A DNA stretch of 64,000 bases from Eledone cirrhosa (lineage: Eukaryota): assembly GCA_964016885.1 (NCBI GenBank), contig CAXHJY010001747.1, forward strand, positions 62,001 to 126,000, given 5' to 3'. The notes beneath the pieces were generated by a model, which was given only the letters and a program-made list of their open reading frames with translations, did no database searches and was not told where the DNA came from. The position numbers were made by a program, and so were the translations under genes. Below, one piece after another: positions 63,114 to 64,000 of the stretch. Within the stretch, counting starts at the first letter, position 1; each line of letters begins with the position of its first letter.

Positions 63114-63176
63114 TTCTTGACCACGAACATCCCAGTTGCTGCGATCAACGGAACAGCCTACTCCTGCAAATAACAT
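63114..63176 (+). other. 63-nt exon-like cassette, plus-strand copy (phase 1: [20 protein letters not shown])
   Basis: (TG)n-ttgaatctctTAG|...AACAT|GTAAGT; length divisible by 3; open in phase 1. Confidence 0.3.
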
Positions 63177-63247
63177 GTAAGTGACTGAGCATTCTACTGG
63201 CCCGCATACACGTAACCTCATTCTCCGGAGAATTCATTGTAACGCAG

Positions 63248-64000
63248 TGTGTGTGTGAAACGGCTGACACAGTGTGTGACACGGCTGACACAGTGTGTGA
63301 CACGGAGACACAGTGTGTGACACGACTGACACAGTGTGTGTGAAACGGCTGACACAGTGTGTGAAACGGCTGATACAGTGTGTGACACGGCTGACACAGT
63401 GTGTGTGAAACGGCTGACACAGTGTGTGACACGGCTGATACAGTGTGTGACACGGCTGATACAGTGTGTGACACGGTTGACACAGTGTGTGACACGGCTG
63501 ACACAGTGTGTGTGACACGGCTGACACAGTGTGTGTGACACGGCTGACACAGTGTGTGACACGGAGACACAGTGTGTGACACGGCTGATACAGTGTGGGA
63601 CACGGCTGATACAGTGTGTGATACGGCTGACACAGTGTGTGACACGGCTGATACAGTGTGTGATACGGCTGATACAGTGTGTGACATGACTGACACAGTG
63701 TGTGACACGGAGACACAGTGTGTGACACGGCTGATACAGTGTGTGACACGGCTGATAAGTGTGTGACACGGCTGATACAGTGTGTGACACGGCTGATACA
63801 GTGTGTGATACGGCTGACACAGTGTGTGACATGACTGACACAGTGTGTGTGACACGGCTGATACAGTGTGTGACACGACTGACACAGTGTGTGTGACACG
63901 GCTGACACAGTGTGTGACACCGCTGACACAGTGTGTGTGACACGACTGACACAGTGTGTGACACGGCTGACACAGTGTGTGACACGGCTGACACAGTGTG
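63248..64000 (-). repeat. 20-22-bp minisatellite (GACACAGTGTGTGACACGGCT-type), right arm of foldback, running off the window
   Basis: Reverse complement of the 61328-62100 unit; the variant GATACAGTG is enriched here. Confidence 0.95.

Larger units (their letters stand above)
61328..64000. repeat. Large foldback palindrome centred at ~62512: satellite-unique-(CA)n | (TG)n-unique-satellite
   Basis: 62101-62248 is the reverse complement of 63100-63247 with three substitutions; the satellite and dinucleotide tracts switch strand at the centre. Confidence 0.93.

Noticed and set aside
61328-64000. RAG/Transib RSS heptamer CACAGTG in nearly every satellite unit
   Set aside because: No nonamer (ACAAAAACC) at 12/23 spacing, and the heptamer arises easily from CA/TG-rich sequence.

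Overview
This is eukaryotic, repeat-dominated DNA with no prokaryote-style genes. The tRNA-derived SINE fragments and the microsatellite style resemble coleoid cephalopod (Octopus-like) DNA; that assignment is from recall, not a search. Bases 1-~39.2 kb are one 18-bp GT-rich satellite, (GGTGTTGGTGGTAYTGTT)n, with regional variant domains and higher-order duplications (largest ~3.9 kb). It decays into (GGT)n-type low-complexity DNA up to ~42.6 kb, and the huge + strand ORFs there are artefacts of the repeat. At 43.2-49.05 kb (- strand) lies a near full-length Tx1/L1-clade LINE embedded in (GATA)n. It has a CCHC ORF1 and an APE-RT-CCHC ORF2, disabled by three in-frame TGA codons and one homopolymer frameshift. 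The rest holds a non-autonomous Helitron, SINE fragments, minisatellites and a solo copy of the LINE 3' end. It also holds two inverted-repeat elements carrying minimal type-I hammerhead-ribozyme motifs (Penelope-like), and a >2.6-kb foldback palindrome whose arms each carry a 20-bp satellite and a 63-nt exon-like cassette. A few isolated exon candidates suggest the region may be intronic, but no host gene could be identified.
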